Shown piece after piece: positions 61,845 to 64,000 of a stretch of DNA of 64,000 nt (position 1 is its first letter; each line of letters starts with the position of its first letter). The position numbers were made by a program, and so were the translations under genes. The stretch spans positions 14,457,831 through 14,521,830 of the forward strand of contig JAUZTB010000048.1 in assembly GCA_034780895.1 (NCBI GenBank), in the 5' to 3' direction. The DNA comes from Rhynchobatus australiae (taxonomy: Eukaryota). The notes beneath the pieces are model-generated. The model ran no database searches and was not told the origin of the DNA. It saw nothing but the letters and a program-made list of their open reading frames with translations.

Positions 61845-63851
61845 CACTCTACAACCGCCAAGGAATTTTAAAAGAGGATAAAAAAATCTCTATTGTCCTT
61901 CAATACCTTGCTGTTTTTTTTGGTAATCATGATATGCAGAGATAATCTCGCTTTGAGCGAGAGATAGAAAATGGACAAGAGAAAATAACATGGAAAGTTG
62001 TATACCAGGAGTTTTAAAAAAGTGGCTGAAGGAATCTTCATTGACAATAGCTCAAGGAAGGAGAATTATCCAATTTAGTTCCTTAATGGAATGTGCATTT
62101 CTTTTTGCTCCTCATGATCCACAGAAGGTTAATCAGTGGGTTGCTCATCATATTTCGGAATCTTTTATTTCTGCTTTCCACATAAAACTAAAGCTTCCCA
62201 AATACTTTAAACATAAAACATACCATTGTTATATAGGTTTAAAAAGCCTTAGAATACAGCCACAGAGGTTGAGAGTTTTCAGTGTTAATGAATTAAAAAT
62301 TGATGGGATTACTACAACTAATATTAAACAAATTATTTGCTCATGGATAGCCAAACCAATCACCTCACCCATTATTTTTCAGAATGGAGCATTACTAGCA
62401 AGACCAGAACTTATCTTGAGAAGGTGTGGTAACTCACATTCTTGAACCATGTAGTTCTTCTTGTGCAGGTATCCCATATGATAGAAGTGCAGGATACTTA
62501 GCCTTGCAAGTATGTTCCACCATTCAATGTGATTTGTGACCCAACTCTACACATCCATCTTTTCTCNNNNNNNNNNNNNNNNNNNNNNNNNNNNNNNNNN
62601 NNNNNNNNNNNNNNNNNNNNNNNNNNNNNNNNNNNNNNTTGCCATTCCTACCAAGTACGCCAAATTTCCATGTAATTTATGAAGCCGCCCAGAAGGATCA
62701 TCCGCGAAAGGAATTCATGAGTGATATGGAGAAAAGGAAAATTCTATGTCCAGTAAATAAAACATTCTATCATTCAGCTAATTCTGACTCTTACTGCTTA
62801 CAAGTAAGGAAATACTGTGTTTTAATTAATGTATCAATTTGAATACAGTGATATAAAGCCAACAGGGCAAGTTGCAAGTGAAAGGGTGAGGTGGGTTGTT
62901 AACTAAATAGGCTTGGAGTATAACATGCAGCTAATCAGATACCATCAAAAGTTAATAAGCCCTTAATTATTGCCATGAAGACCTGGGTCATTTAAGTAGA
63001 TAGATTTGGAGAAGTCCAATGGATTTTAATTTAACTAATGGGAGAGAAATGAAGTACAGGAATGTTGCAATAAATATTCACAGCACAAAAAGGTTCTCTT
63101 TCTGGACATTGTACTGGTAAAGTCCAAAGGTTAGAACAGGAGATTGCATTTGAAAGCACCTGGCCAATAATAAGGCAAGGCAAGGCAAATTGTACAGGTT
63201 TCATGAAAAGGGTCAAAATAGTTCTATTTAAATTGAACATTCAATTATGGAGCATGGAGTGTAATTCTGGGTCATTTCATCTGAATGAGAAGATGGATTT
63301 TTTGGAAAAAAGTGTTCAGAACTGGCCATTTTAGGTATTAATTAGTCAAGAAATACTTAAGCTTGTTTTTAACCACAATAGACAAGAACAATTCCTTTAA
63401 AATATATGCAAAGAAAGATGGAGGCCTTGTATAAGAGTAGAGGACAGCAATTCAGAATTCACAAGCTTTAAAGGAAGGTTTATTGTTTTTAACCAATAGG
63501 AAAGTAGGATATGGGTTAAATGGTAGTACAAAAAGGAAAATGGATCACCACCAATATTAAGAATGACAGCACTGCTCAACAGGAAATAGCATTGCAAAAT
63601 AAAACAGATTTCACTAATTAGGCCCTTAGCAATTCCTCAACTTAGCAATAAACACAGTTTCGTTGGTTATAGGCATTATCCAGCATGTTTGAAAAATTCC
63701 TCTTTATGCAGCAGTGAACAAATAAAATATAGGGAAGGAAAGAAAAATGGAGTGAGTTGTTTGTAGTAGAATGACAAAGGGGATCTGACCGTAAAAGGCC
63801 TCTCTAATGTTCTTGAGCAATTTAGATATTCTTGTACGTCTCAACTCATCA

Positions 63852-64000
<149 letters not shown>

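Noticed and set aside
61990-62445. 151-aa plus-strand ORF
   Set aside because: Antisense within a ZNF217 intron, with no domain signature and composition typical of random AT-rich DNA.

Overview
This is AT-rich vertebrate genomic DNA with many short N gaps. The repeat content (CR1, Tx1, RTE and L2 LINEs, V-/Deu-type SINEs, Penelope-like elements) points to a cartilaginous fish, probably a ray or shark (inference). The right end holds the 3' half of ZNF217 on the minus strand: coding exons at 63923-64000, 60366-58144 (broken by about 420 bp of unexplained sequence plus a gap) and 54201-54095, then an intron in the 3' UTR and a terminal exon ending near 51.15 kb. The left third looks like the last intron and a roughly 9.8-kb non-coding terminal exon of a convergent plus-strand gene. 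This is most likely TSHZ2, based on synteny and my recollection of the human 3' UTR. Between the two 3' ends lies a hotspot of nested retroelements (about 20.4-37.4 kb). The most interesting signal is a set of Penelope-like elements and short palindromic derivatives carrying degenerate minimal hammerhead-ribozyme cores. There are no prokaryotic features. Repeat boundaries are estimated by eye.
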